From NCBI GenBank assembly GCA_963803975.1, contig CAWDOY010000009.1, forward strand, positions 32,001 through 96,000: a stretch of DNA of 64,000 nt, given 5' to 3'. Of this stretch, positions 52,348 through 62,390 are shown one piece after another. Below the pieces are notes generated by a model. That model was given only the letters and a program-made list of their open reading frames with translations, ran no database searches and was not told where the DNA came from. This stretch comes from an uncultured delta proteobacterium. GTDB lineage: Bacteria; Desulfobacterota; WTBG01; CAIYCZ01. Positions within the stretch are counted from its first letter, which is position 1, and every line of letters begins with the position of its first letter. Position numbers and translations under genes: made by a program.

Positions 52348-53589
52348 ATGCGCTATGAACTGTATATCGGCCTGCGCTACCTCAGGGCCAAGCGCCGGCA
52401 GACCTTTATATCAATCATTACCCTGATCTCCATCTCCGGCGTTGCCATCGGCGTGATGGCGCTCATCCTGGTGCTCGGGGTTATGACCGGCTTCACCGAT
52501 GACCTGCGGGAAAAGATTCTCGGGACCAACTCGCACCTGGTTATCTCCAAATTCGGCGCCAACCTGAATGACTACCGGCAGGTCATGGAAAAAATCCGCG
52601 GCTGCCCCGGCGTGGTGGCCTCAACCCCGTTTATCCTGTTCCAGGGGATGCTCTCTTCCGGCACCAATGTCTCGGGAGTGGTGCTGCGCGGCATTGACGC
52701 TGCCACCGCCCCTGCGGTCATCAGGATACAAGAAACCCTGGTTGAAGGAAGGCTCGATCAGCTGGAAAAAGAGCAGCCCTCTTCTGACGGCAGCAAGCTG
52801 CCGGGAATCATTATCGGAAAAGAGCTGTCAAAGCTGCTCGGGGTCGGCCTGGGAGAGCCGCTCACGGTTATCTCCCCCTCGGGGCTTATCAGCCCCAGCG
52901 GCCTCATGCCCCGCTGGAAAAAGTTTTTTGTCGTGGGCATCTTTGAATCAGGCATGTATGAATATGACACCACCCTCGCCTACATATCCATGAAGAACGC
53001 CCAGAGCTTTCTGAAAATGGCTGACGAGGCGACCGGGGTGGAAGTGAAGGTCTCTGATATTTATCAGGTGAAAACTTTTGCTGATGCAATCAGGAACAAA
53101 ATAGGGCTTTCATACCTGGTGCGGGACTGGATGGAGATGCACCGCAACCTCTACTCGGCGCTGAAGCTTGAAAAGACCGCCATGTCCATCATTTTAATTC
53201 TCATCATCCTGGTGGCTGCATTTAATATCATTGGCACGCTTATCATGGTGGTGCATGACAAGAACCGGGATATCGCCATATTGAAATCCATGGGAGCGAC
53301 CTCTGCCGCCGTCATGCGCATCTTTGTCATTCAGGGCCTGATAATCGGCGTGTTTGGCACTGCCCTCGGCCTTACCGGAGGGTATCTTCTGGCATTCCTC
53401 CAGAACCATTACCATATCGTGGGCCTGTCTCAGGATATTTACTACATACCGAACCTGACGGTTAAGACCAGCTTCATTGATACCCTCTGGGTTTCTTTAG
53501 CAGCGGTTCTGATAACCTTTCTGGCAACCATTTATCCGTCACGGCAGGCAGCGCGCCTGGACCCTGCAGAGGCGCTCAGGTATGAATAG
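52348..53589 (+). CDS. lolE: Lipoprotein-releasing ABC transporter permease LolC/E
   Basis: IGLRYLRAKRR, LKLEK, VAAFNII, IAILKSMGA, YPSRQAARLDPAEALRYE. Confidence 0.95.
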   Translation: MRYELYIGLRYLRAKRRQTFISIITLISISGVAIGVMALILVLGVMTGFTDDLREKILGTNSHLVISKFGANLNDYRQVMEKIRGCPGVVASTPFILFQGMLSSGTNVSGVVLRGIDAATAPAVIRIQETLVEGRLDQLEKEQPSSDGSKLPGIIIGKELSKLLGVGLGEPLTVISPSGLISPSGLMPRWKKFFVVGIFESGMYEYDTTLAYISMKNAQSFLKMADEATGVEVKVSDIYQVKTFADAIRNKIGLSYLVRDWMEMHRNLYSALKLEKTAMSIILILIILVAAFNIIGTLIMVVHDKNRDIAILKSMGATSAAVMRIFVIQGLIIGVFGTALGLTGGYLLAFLQNHYHIVGLSQDIYYIPNLTVKTSFIDTLWVSLAAVLITFLATIYPSRQAARLDPAEALRYE

Positions 53590-54295
53590 GGCGGCGGCAG
53601 GAGGCGGGGACTATATCCTCCAGGTCAAAAACCTGGACAAAAGCTATTTCAGCAACCAGAAAAAAACTGATGTTTTGAAAGAGGTTGCGCTTGAGGTGCG
53701 GCGGGGAGAGGCCCTTGCTATCGTCGGCCCCTCGGGTGTGGGAAAGAGCACCCTGCTGCACATTCTGGGGACCATTGACCGGCCCACGGCCGGTCACGTG
53801 TACTATGATGGAATAGATATTTTTGCCATGCCGGAAGAGGCGCTGGCGGGGTTTCGCAATAAAAGGCTTGGCTTCATCTTTCAGTTCCATCACCTGCTGC
53901 CTGAGTTCAGTGCTCTGGAAAATGCCGCCATGCCTGCGCTTATCAGCGGCCTTGACCGGAAAACAGCTGAAAACCGCGCGCGGGAGATACTTTCCCGGCT
54001 CGGCCTTGAAGAGCGGCTGACGCACAAGCCCGGGGAGATGTCCGGCGGCGAGCAGCAGCGGGTGGCTGTGGCCCGGGCGCTCATCATGAAACCGGACGTG
54101 GTCCTTGCAGATGAACCGACCGGCAACCTGGACACCCACACCGGGGAGGAAGTATTTAATTTGATACTTGAATTAAACGCCGAACTTGGGATAACATTCA
54201 TTATTGTGACACATAATGAAAACCTGTCAAAAAAGATGCAGCGCTGCATCACCCTGCTCGATGGCCAGGTTGTAGAAAAATCGCCTTCAGCTTAA
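53582..54295 (+). CDS. lolD: Lipoprotein-releasing ABC ATPase
   Basis: GPSGVGKS, FQFHHLLPEF, SGGEQQR, ADEPTGNLD. Confidence 0.95.
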   Translation: MNRAAAGGGDYILQVKNLDKSYFSNQKKTDVLKEVALEVRRGEALAIVGPSGVGKSTLLHILGTIDRPTAGHVYYDGIDIFAMPEEALAGFRNKRLGFIFQFHHLLPEFSALENAAMPALISGLDRKTAENRAREILSRLGLEERLTHKPGEMSGGEQQRVAVARALIMKPDVVLADEPTGNLDTHTGEEVFNLILELNAELGITFIIVTHNENLSKKMQRCITLLDGQVVEKSPSA

Positions 54296-54310
54296 AAGGA
54301 ATTTTATCAG

Positions 54311-57107
54311 GTGAAATGTTTGCAGATTTTAAAAAGAATATCGGGCGGCCTTTTGATCGGCATGCTGGCAGTGTGCGCCGTGCCCCCTGCTGCGCTCTCA
54401 GCGGTCAGGGTTGCGATCCTGCCGTTTGCAATCAACGCTGAAGAAAATCTCAGCTACCTGCAGCAGGCAATTCCCCAGATGCTTGCCACGCGGCTGGAAA
54501 GCCGGGGAGACATCTCGACCGTGGAAAAGGCGCTGCTGCTGCAGCATACGGCCCGGCTGGGAGAGAGAAAAATTGAGGAAGGGACGGCCAAACGCATCGG
54601 AGCAGAGCTGGGCGCAGATTTTGTTGTCATGGGCAGCCTCAGCAAAATCGGCAGCCAGGTGACTATTGACGCCACGCTCATTAACACCCGGGACCAGGTG
54701 CCGGTGCAGAGACTTGCGAGCACCACGGAAGGGCTCAGCGGCATACCCGCAAAAGTAAAAGAGCTTGCCAACTCCCTCTATTACAGGATTTCAGGCAAGC
54801 AGGCAGTTACCAAAATTATCATTACCGGCAACAAATATATCGAGCAGGACGCCATCATGCTCTCCATATTGACCAAGCCGGGTGATATGTACTCACCGGA
54901 ACAGCTCCAGGAAGATCTGAAGCGCATCTACAAGCTGGGCTACTTTGAAGACGTTACCGTGTCCAGCGCTGACAGTGACGAGGGAAAAGAGGTAACCTTC
55001 CAGGTCGTAGAGCGGCCGACCATCAAGGAAATCCAGATTCAGGGCAACAAAAGCGTCAAGCTTGAAGACATGCAAAAGGTTATGGAGACTAAAATCAGGA
55101 CCGTGCTTGATCTCAACAAGGTGACCGGCGATGTGTCCCGGATCAGGAAGCTCTATACTGACAAGGGGTTCTATAATGTGAGCATATTTTATAAGCTCAA
55201 AGCCATCTCAAGCGAGGAAACCGGGGTGGTGTTCCAGATTGCCGAGGGCAAAACAAGCAAGGTTAAGAAAGTCATCTTTACCGGGAATAAGGCCATCCCC
55301 TCCAAGGCGCTGAAAAAAATAATGGCCACGCGGGAAAAGAACATCCTCTCCTTCATTACCAGCGCCGGCATGTACAAAGAGGATGATCTGGAAAAGGATG
55401 TAGACCGCGTCATGGGCTACTACTACGGCCATGGCTACCTTCAGGTAAAGGTTGACCGGCCCGCGGTGGACTTTAAAGAGGACGGCATTTATATTACCTT
55501 CAACGTGTTTGAAGGCAACCAGTTCACCATCGGCAGCGTCGACATGCAGGGGGATTTGATCCGCGACAAGGCCTTCTTCCTCTCGAAAATAAAATCAACG
55601 CCGGGGAAAGTTTTTAACAGCACCGTACTGAATGATGACCTGCTGGTAATCAAAGGGCGTTTATTCTGTGGAGGGATACGCTTTTGCCGATGTCACACCG
55701 CTCACTGATATCAAGCAGGAAGAGAAAAAGGTGAATCTCACCTACAGCGTTGAAAAGGGAGAAAAAACCTATCTGGAAAAGATTAAAATCACCGGCAATA
55801 CCCGGACCCGCGATAATGTCATCCGCCGCGAGCTGCGCCTCACGGAAGGTTCTATCTATAATTCCAAGGAGCTCGATCGCAGCAAACAGGAAGTGAACAA
55901 TCTGGGGTTTTTCGAGGAAGTCAAGCTCAACCCTGAGCCGGGCAGCGCTCCCAACAAGGTTAACCTCAACGTGGAAGTAAAAGAGCGGCCGACCGGCTCC
56001 TTCAGCATCGGCGCGGGCTACAGCTCGGCTGACAGCATCATGGGCATGTTCCAGATATCCCAGAACAACTTCCGGGGCAAGGGCCAGCAGCTTTCCCTCA
56101 TGGCAAATATCGGCGGCCGCTCTTCCCGCTATGATATTTCTTTTACCGAACCCTGGTGGCGCGGCACCAGGACCTCGGTCGGTTTTGACCTGTACAATAC
56201 GTCCCGCTGGTACGAGGATTTCGAGCAGAGCTCAATCGGGCTTAATCTTCGCATGGGTAAACCTCTTGAGCGCTTTGATTATACCCGCGTGAACTACTCC
56301 TACCGTTTTGAGCAGGTGGATATTAGTAACGTGGATAATGATGCATCCCTTGCCATCCAGGAGCAGGAGGGCACCAGCACCACCGGGGCGGTTACCGGCA
56401 CCATAGTGCGCGATTCCCGGGATGACCGCTTTATAACCCGCAAGGGCTCCTTTCACAGCTTTACCGCAGAGATGGCAGGCATTGCCGGATCGAACAAGTT
56501 CGTGGGACTGATAGCCAGCTCCGCCAAGTACATTCCCTGGCGCTGGGATACGGTGTTTATGGTGAGGGGAACCGTGGGGTACCTGTTCGGCTATGGCGGC
56601 AAGGATGTCCCCCTCTCAGATAAGTTTTTCCTCGGAGGCCTTGACTCCATGCGCGGTTTCGAGGCCCGGACCCTGGGCCCGAAGAAAAAGCGACCCGAAA
56701 AAAAAGGTCTTATCTATGTAGAGAACGGTAAACCCTATATAAACGAAGACTATGACAGGAATGATAACTATAATGATAACTATTATAATAATGACTATTA
56801 TTACTATGACGACAATAAGGACTATGACACGGTGGGCGGCTGCAAGGAGATATTTTTCAACTTCGAATACCAGTTCCCCATCATGAAGGAAGCGGGTATC
56901 CGCGGCGTCGTATTTACCGATATTGGCAATGCGTACCGGCAGAGCGAGGGGTATCTTTCAGACCTGCGCTATGATTTCGGCGTCGGCGTCAGGTGGTTTT
57001 CGCCCTTTGGCCCGCTGCGCGTCGAGTGGGGCATAAACCCGTCCCCGATATCCAAGTATGATGAGAAGTCGAGCAACTTTGAGTTTTCCATGGGAAATAC
57101 CTTTTAA
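54311..57107 (+). CDS. bamA: Outer membrane protein assembly factor BamA with an extra N-terminal alpha/beta domain; frameshift near 55660
   Basis: POTRA repeats, ITGNTRTRDNVIRRE, KERPTG, MRGF, RWFSPFGPLR, C-terminal F. Confidence 0.95.
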
Positions 57108-57133
57108 CCCAGCAACAGGAGGATCAACGCATC

Positions 57134-57667
57134 ATGAAAAAAGCTACGGTAGTATTGGCAGCTCTGGTCATAACAGCATTCACCCTTGCCAGTGCAGGTG
57201 CATCCGACCTGAAGATCGGGTACGTGGACCTGCAGAAGGCCCTGAATGAAAGCACGGTAGGCAAAAAAGCCAAGGAAAAGTTTACGGCGGAAGTGAAGAA
57301 AGCAGAGTCTGAAATTACCCGCAAAAAAGAAGAGCTGGAACGGCTCGGCGGCTCACTGGAAAAACAGGGCTCCATGCTCAAGGATGACGTAAAAGCGGAA
57401 AAGGAAAAAGAATTTATCCAGATGCAGAAGGAATACGAGCGTAAGGTCAAGGACTACAAGGATGAGCTGCAGATCAAGGACGCACAGCTCACCCGGGGCA
57501 TACTTTCCGATCTGGTTGACATTATTAAAAAGTACGGTAAAGAAAATAGCTATACCATCGTCTTTGAGCGGAGTGAAACCGTGCTCCTCTATGCAACAGA
57601 TGGTCTGGATATCACCGACAAAATTATTTCGATATACGACTCCCAGGGCTCGTCCAAGAAAAAATAG
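57134..57667 (+). CDS. skp: OmpH/Skp chaperone
   Basis: Signal peptide, [11 protein letters not shown], coiled coil, DITD. Confidence 0.95.
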   Translation: MKKATVVLAALVITAFTLASAGASDLKIGYVDLQKALNESTVGKKAKEKFTAEVKKAESEITRKKEELERLGGSLEKQGSMLKDDVKAEKEKEFIQMQKEYERKVKDYKDELQIKDAQLTRGILSDLVDIIKKYGKENSYTIVFERSETVLLYATDGLDITDKIISIYDSQGSSKKK

Positions 57668-57687
57668 CGCGTACGCAGGGGGCATCA

Positions 57688-58731
57688 ATGGAAAAATCCC
57701 TGAAGGAACTTGCCGAGCTGGTCGGCGCAGAGGTGGCCGGCGACGGCTCGGTGCTCATCAGCGGGGTGGCAGGTATAGAGGCTGCCGGGGCCGGCCATAT
57801 AAGCTTTATTGCCAACCCTAAGTATCTCAGTAAAGGGGCAGCCACCGGGGCCTCGGCAATTATCTGCAGTCCTGAAGTCGCCATTGCTGGTAAGCCGCTT
57901 CTGAAAATTGCCAACCCCTACCTCGCCTATGCGAAAATTGTACGCCTTTTTCATCCGCGGCCGCAGCAGAGCGGCGTTATAGATGAGCGGGCGATCGTCG
58001 GCACGGGCGTCCGGCTTGGCCGGAAGGTAACCCTGTATCCGTTTGTGGTGATTGGCGATGGCTGCGTTCTTGAGGACGGGGTCACCATTTACCCCCACTG
58101 CTTTCTGGGAAATAATGTTACGGTTGGGGAACAAACGCTCATCTACCCCAACGTGACGGTTCGCGAGCGCTGTATCATCGGCAAGCGGGTTATTATCCAT
58201 CCGGGGACCGTGATCGGCAGCGACGGGTTCGGCTTTGCCAAAGATGGCGCAGAATATTACAAAATACCCCAGGTGGGCATAGTCCAGATTGATGATGATG
58301 TGGAAATCGGCGCCGGCAATACCATTGACCGGGCAGCCATGGGCAGGACCTGGCTCCAGCGGGGAGTTAAAACCGACAATCTGGTGCACATCGCCCATAA
58401 TGTCACGGTCGGGGAAGACTCGATTCTGGTGGCACAGGTGGGAGTTTCCGGGAGCACCAGCATTGGCAAGCGCGTAACGCTTGCCGGCCAGGTGGGTGTG
58501 GTGGGGCATATCACCATCGGCGATGATGCCATTGCGGGAGCAAAAACCGGGATATCCGGCAATGTCCCGGCCCGGCAGGTGGTGTCAGGCTACCCGCACA
58601 TGCCGCACCGCGACTGGCTGAAATCCTCGCGCACCATTCCCAAACTGCCGGAAATGAGGATGACCTTGAAAAAGCTGGAAGATAAAGTAGAGCGCCTTGA
58701 ATCCATGCTGCAAGAGCTCAAAGGGAGATGA
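57688..58731 (+). CDS. lpxD: UDP-3-O-acyl-glucosamine N-acyltransferase
   Basis: [28 protein letters not shown]. Confidence 0.97.
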   Translation: MEKSLKELAELVGAEVAGDGSVLISGVAGIEAAGAGHISFIANPKYLSKGAATGASAIICSPEVAIAGKPLLKIANPYLAYAKIVRLFHPRPQQSGVIDERAIVGTGVRLGRKVTLYPFVVIGDGCVLEDGVTIYPHCFLGNNVTVGEQTLIYPNVTVRERCIIGKRVIIHPGTVIGSDGFGFAKDGAEYYKIPQVGIVQIDDDVEIGAGNTIDRAAMGRTWLQRGVKTDNLVHIAHNVTVGEDSILVAQVGVSGSTSIGKRVTLAGQVGVVGHITIGDDAIAGAKTGISGNVPARQVVSGYPHMPHRDWLKSSRTIPKLPEMRMTLKKLEDKVERLESMLQELKGR

Positions 58732-58735
58732 TTAC

Positions 58736-59209
58736 GTGTTAGACATTAAGGAAATAATGGAATACCTCCCGCACCGCTATCCGTTTCTCTTAATTGACCG
58801 GGTTCTGGAACTGGAGCCAAACAAGCGCATCGTTGCCATTAAAAATGTAACGATTAATGAACCGTTCTTTCAGGGCCATTTCCCCGGCCAGCCCATTATG
58901 CCGGGCGTGCTGCTCATCGAAGCAATGGCCCAGGCCTGGGGGGTGCTGGCTATACGCTCAACCGGGCAAAAGGTAAAGAGTGCGGATGTACTGTTTATTG
59001 GCATCGACAAGGCCCGGTTTCGGCGGCCGGTCCTCCCGGGAGACCAGGTGCGCTTTGAGCTGGAAAGCATAGGCCTCAAACGCCAGATCTGGAAATTTCG
59101 CGGCAGGGCCCTGGTGGACGGGAACCTCGTGGCCGAAGCAGAACTTATGGCTACCATGGCTGCTACGCATATAGTGAAGGAAGAAAGCGCTCCAGGGGAG
59201 CCGGAGTAG
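58736..59209 (+). CDS. fabZ: 3-hydroxyacyl-ACP dehydratase
   Basis: [35 protein letters not shown] start at 58736. Confidence 0.97.
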   Translation: MLDIKEIMEYLPHRYPFLLIDRVLELEPNKRIVAIKNVTINEPFFQGHFPGQPIMPGVLLIEAMAQAWGVLAIRSTGQKVKSADVLFIGIDKARFRRPVLPGDQVRFELESIGLKRQIWKFRGRALVDGNLVAEAELMATMAATHIVKEESAPGEPE

Positions 59210-59264
59210 CAACAGCACGGTGGTTACGTGTTTGCAGAGCACCGTTAATGAGACCTGAAGACCG

Positions 59265-60059
59265 ATGACACAGAAAAAACAGAGCACCATACATCAAACT
59301 GCCATCGTCAGCAAAAGCGCTGAAATCGGCGCTGGTGTTGAGATCGGGGCCTATACCCTGATCGGCGATGAGGTCCGGATTGGCAACGACACCACTGTGG
59401 GGTCCCATGTGGTGATTGAAAAGTTTACCACCATTGGCGAGCGGTGCAGAATTTTTCAGTTCTGCTCCATCGGTGAAATTCCCCAGGACCTGAAGTTCAA
59501 GGCGGATGCCCGGACCGAGCTCGTAATCGGCAATGACAATACCTTCCGCGAGTTTGTGACTATTAACCGGGGAACTCCCGGCGGCGGCGGCAAAACAGTT
59601 CTCGGAAATAATATTTTCCTCATGGCCTACGCCCATGTGGCCCATGACTGTAGGATTGGAAATCAGGTTATCATAGCAAACTCAGCAAGCCTTGCCGGCC
59701 ACATCCATATCGAGGACTGTGCCATCCTCGGCGGGCTGGTCGGCGTGCACCAGTTTGTCCATATCGGCTCCTATGCAATGATCGGCGGACTGACCGGGGT
59801 ATCAAAAGATGTGCCCCCGTACATGATGGCGGTCGGCGAGCGCGCCAAGCTCTATGGTATCAACCTCACCGGACTGAAGCGGCGCGGGTTTTCTGAGGAT
59901 TCTATCAGGGAGCTGAAAACAGCCTATAGGATTATTTTTCGCTCAGGGCTTACCCTCAGCAAAGCATTTGAAAAGATTGCGGAAGAAAACCTCACCACCC
60001 CCGAAGTCCAGCACCTTGTTTCCTTTATCAAAAATTCAGAGCGGGGTATCATCCGGTAG
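59265..60059 (+). CDS. lpxA: UDP-N-acetylglucosamine acyltransferase
   Basis: PQDLKF, REFVTINRGT, HVAHDC, VHQF, DVPPY. Confidence 0.97.
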   Translation: MTQKKQSTIHQTAIVSKSAEIGAGVEIGAYTLIGDEVRIGNDTTVGSHVVIEKFTTIGERCRIFQFCSIGEIPQDLKFKADARTELVIGNDNTFREFVTINRGTPGGGGKTVLGNNIFLMAYAHVAHDCRIGNQVIIANSASLAGHIHIEDCAILGGLVGVHQFVHIGSYAMIGGLTGVSKDVPPYMMAVGERAKLYGINLTGLKRRGFSEDSIRELKTAYRIIFRSGLTLSKAFEKIAEENLTTPEVQHLVSFIKNSERGIIR

Positions 60060-61013
60060 ATGGCGGCAATAAAAGCCGGCGTCATCGGCGTCGGCTATCT
60101 GGGTAAATTTCATGCTGAAAAGTACGCCAACTCACCCGACGCAGAGCTGGTCGGCGTGGTGGATACGGATCAGGACCGCAGCCGTGAGATAGCAGCGCGC
60201 TACGGCGTGCAGGCCTGCACTGACTACCGGGACCTGTTCGGCAGGGTTCAGGCGGTGAGCATCGTCGTTCCGACCCCGCTGCACCATGCTATAGCGCGGG
60301 AGTGTCTGCAGCAGGGGATTGACGTGCTCCTGGAAAAGCCCATGACCACAACCCTTGCCGAGGCGGATGAGCTGATCGAGATTGCCCGGTCAAAACAGCT
60401 CGTACTGCAGGTTGGTCACCTTGAGCGCTTTAACGCAGCCCTGCTCGCCATCAAGGATGTTCTGAAAAAGCCGCTGTTTATCGAGTCGCACCGCATTGCG
60501 CCGTTTAAGGAGCGCGGCATAGAGGTTGATGTTATCCTTGATCTCATGATTCACGATATCGACATTATTTTAAACCTGGTTAATGCGCCGGTCACGCACA
60601 TCAATGCCGTCGGGGTTCCCATCCTGACCTCAAAAAACGACATCGCTAATGTCCGGCTGCAGTTTGCCACCGGCTGTATTGCCAATGTGACGGCAAGCAG
60701 GATATCTGTCAAGGAGATGCGAAAAATCCGCCTCTTTCAGAATGATGCCTACCTGTCAATAGACTTTGCCGCCCAGGCAGTGGAGGTGTTCAGAAAACTG
60801 CCCAGCGCAGAAAGCGACGGCATGCCGAACATTACCTATGACCGGATTGAGATTGAGCAGGGAGACTCGCTGGAGCAGGAAATAAAAGCGTTTCTCAAGG
60901 CGGTGCGCAACCGCGAGCAGCCGGAAGTTCCCGGCGAGGCCGGGCGCAACGCCCTCAAAGTCGCGCTCGAGATTGTTGAGCAGATACAGGCCAGCCAGGC
61001 TGCCATTAACTAA
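60060..61013 (+). CDS. Gfo/Idh/MocA oxidoreductase (GnnA-like)
   Basis: GVGYLG, EKP, VGHLERFN, DLMIHDID; located between lpxA and lpxB. Confidence 0.88.
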   Translation: MAAIKAGVIGVGYLGKFHAEKYANSPDAELVGVVDTDQDRSREIAARYGVQACTDYRDLFGRVQAVSIVVPTPLHHAIARECLQQGIDVLLEKPMTTTLAEADELIEIARSKQLVLQVGHLERFNAALLAIKDVLKKPLFIESHRIAPFKERGIEVDVILDLMIHDIDIILNLVNAPVTHINAVGVPILTSKNDIANVRLQFATGCIANVTASRISVKEMRKIRLFQNDAYLSIDFAAQAVEVFRKLPSAESDGMPNITYDRIEIEQGDSLEQEIKAFLKAVRNREQPEVPGEAGRNALKVALEIVEQIQASQAAIN

Positions 61014-61134
61014 ATCATTGCTGCGAGTGCTATAATCAGCTATTGTAAAACCTTAGCTTACGGGCTATGGTTTTTTTGTTTTTCAGGATACTATCATTAC
61101 CCCTGAAACAGATTTTCATTGCAGTTAATCGGAA

Positions 61135-62329
61135 ATGTCTCAAACCACTTCCCCCGGCACCATAGCGGCTGGTTCCAAAAAGATTCTCCTGGTTGCGGGA
61201 GAGGCTTCCGCTGACCTCCATGGTTCGCATGTGGTGCGTGAGCTGAAAAGGATTGATCCCTCAGTTCATCTGTACGGCATCGGTGGCGACGAGCTGCGCC
61301 GGGCAGGCATGGAGATTCTTTTTGATGCCCGGGACCTTTCTGTGGTAGGGATTGTTGAGGTCGTCTCCCGCCTGCCGCACATCAGAAAGGTCTTCAATAC
61401 GCTCAAGCAGCAGATTGAAGAGGCGCCGCCGGGGCTTCTTAATCCTGCTTGATTACCCGGACTTTAACCTGCGCCTGGCTGCAGTTGCGAAAAAGCATAA
61501 GGTGCCGGTTCTCTACTATATCAGCCCGCAGATCTGGGCGTGGCGGCAGGGGCGGGTAAAAAAGATCGCGCGTATTGTGGACCAGATGGCAGTGGTCTTC
61601 CCGTTTGAGGTGCCGCTGTATGAAAAAGAAGGGGTGCCGGTGCAGTTTGTCGGCCACCCCCTGCTGGATCGGGAAATCCCGGCGTTTGACAGTGCCGGCA
61701 GCCTGGAGGCGTTTGGCATGAAACCGGGCTGGCCGGTGATCGGCCTGCTGCCGGGAAGCAGGAAATCTGAAATCGAGCGGCTGCTGCCGGTTATGCTTGC
61801 TGCAGCACAACGCATCCAAAAAGAGTACCCGATGGCGCAGTTTATCATCCCGGTTGCTCCCGGCATCCGCAGAGAAGAAATAGCAACATGGGTTGCGCAG
61901 AAAAATGTTCCGGTCACAGTGGTGGAAAACCAGCTCCACCGGGCCCTGCAGGTCTGCAGCCTGGTGCTGGTGGCATCGGGCACCGCAACCCTTGAAACAG
62001 CGCTGATGAAAAAACCGATGATCATCCTGTATAAGATTTCTTTTCTTACCTATCTTATCGGGCGCCTCATGATCCGCGTGCCCTGCATCGGGCTGGCAAA
62101 TATAGTTGCCGGCACGCAGGTGGTGCCGGAGCTGATCCAGGCAGATGCATCAGCGCAGCGCATTGCCGGGGAAGCCCTGGCCCTGCTTAAGAGCCCTGAG
62201 CGCCTGGCTGCCATGGAAAGGGACCTGGGGCGGATCCGGGAACGGCTCGGCGCACCGGGAGCATCGGCACGGGTGGCCCGCATTGCCTATGACATGCTCA
62301 GTAAAGGCCATAATGCAGTTAGGCGTTAA
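61135..62329 (+). CDS. lpxB: Lipid-A-disaccharide synthase; frameshift near 61435
   Basis: AGEASAD, DYPDFN, SPQIWAWR, FPFE, FVGHPL, LLPGSR, SGTATLE. Confidence 0.95.
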
Positions 62330-62380
62330 GCTTTCAGCAAAAACAACTTGAGCTGAACGCTGACTGGCTGAACGCTGAAC
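62316..62380. repeat. Short inverted heptamer array (GCTGAAC type) between lpxB and msbA
   Basis: gttaggcgttaagctttcagc facing gctgaacgctgactggctgaacgctgaac. Confidence 0.6.
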
Positions 62381-62390
62381 ATCATATAGT

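Noticed and set aside
54311..62329. Frameshifts in bamA, lpxB and many other genes as pseudogenes or programmed frameshifting
   Set aside because: They affect essential genes, are scattered throughout, often sit near homopolymers, and leave both halves well conserved. Sequencing/consensus indels are the simplest explanation.
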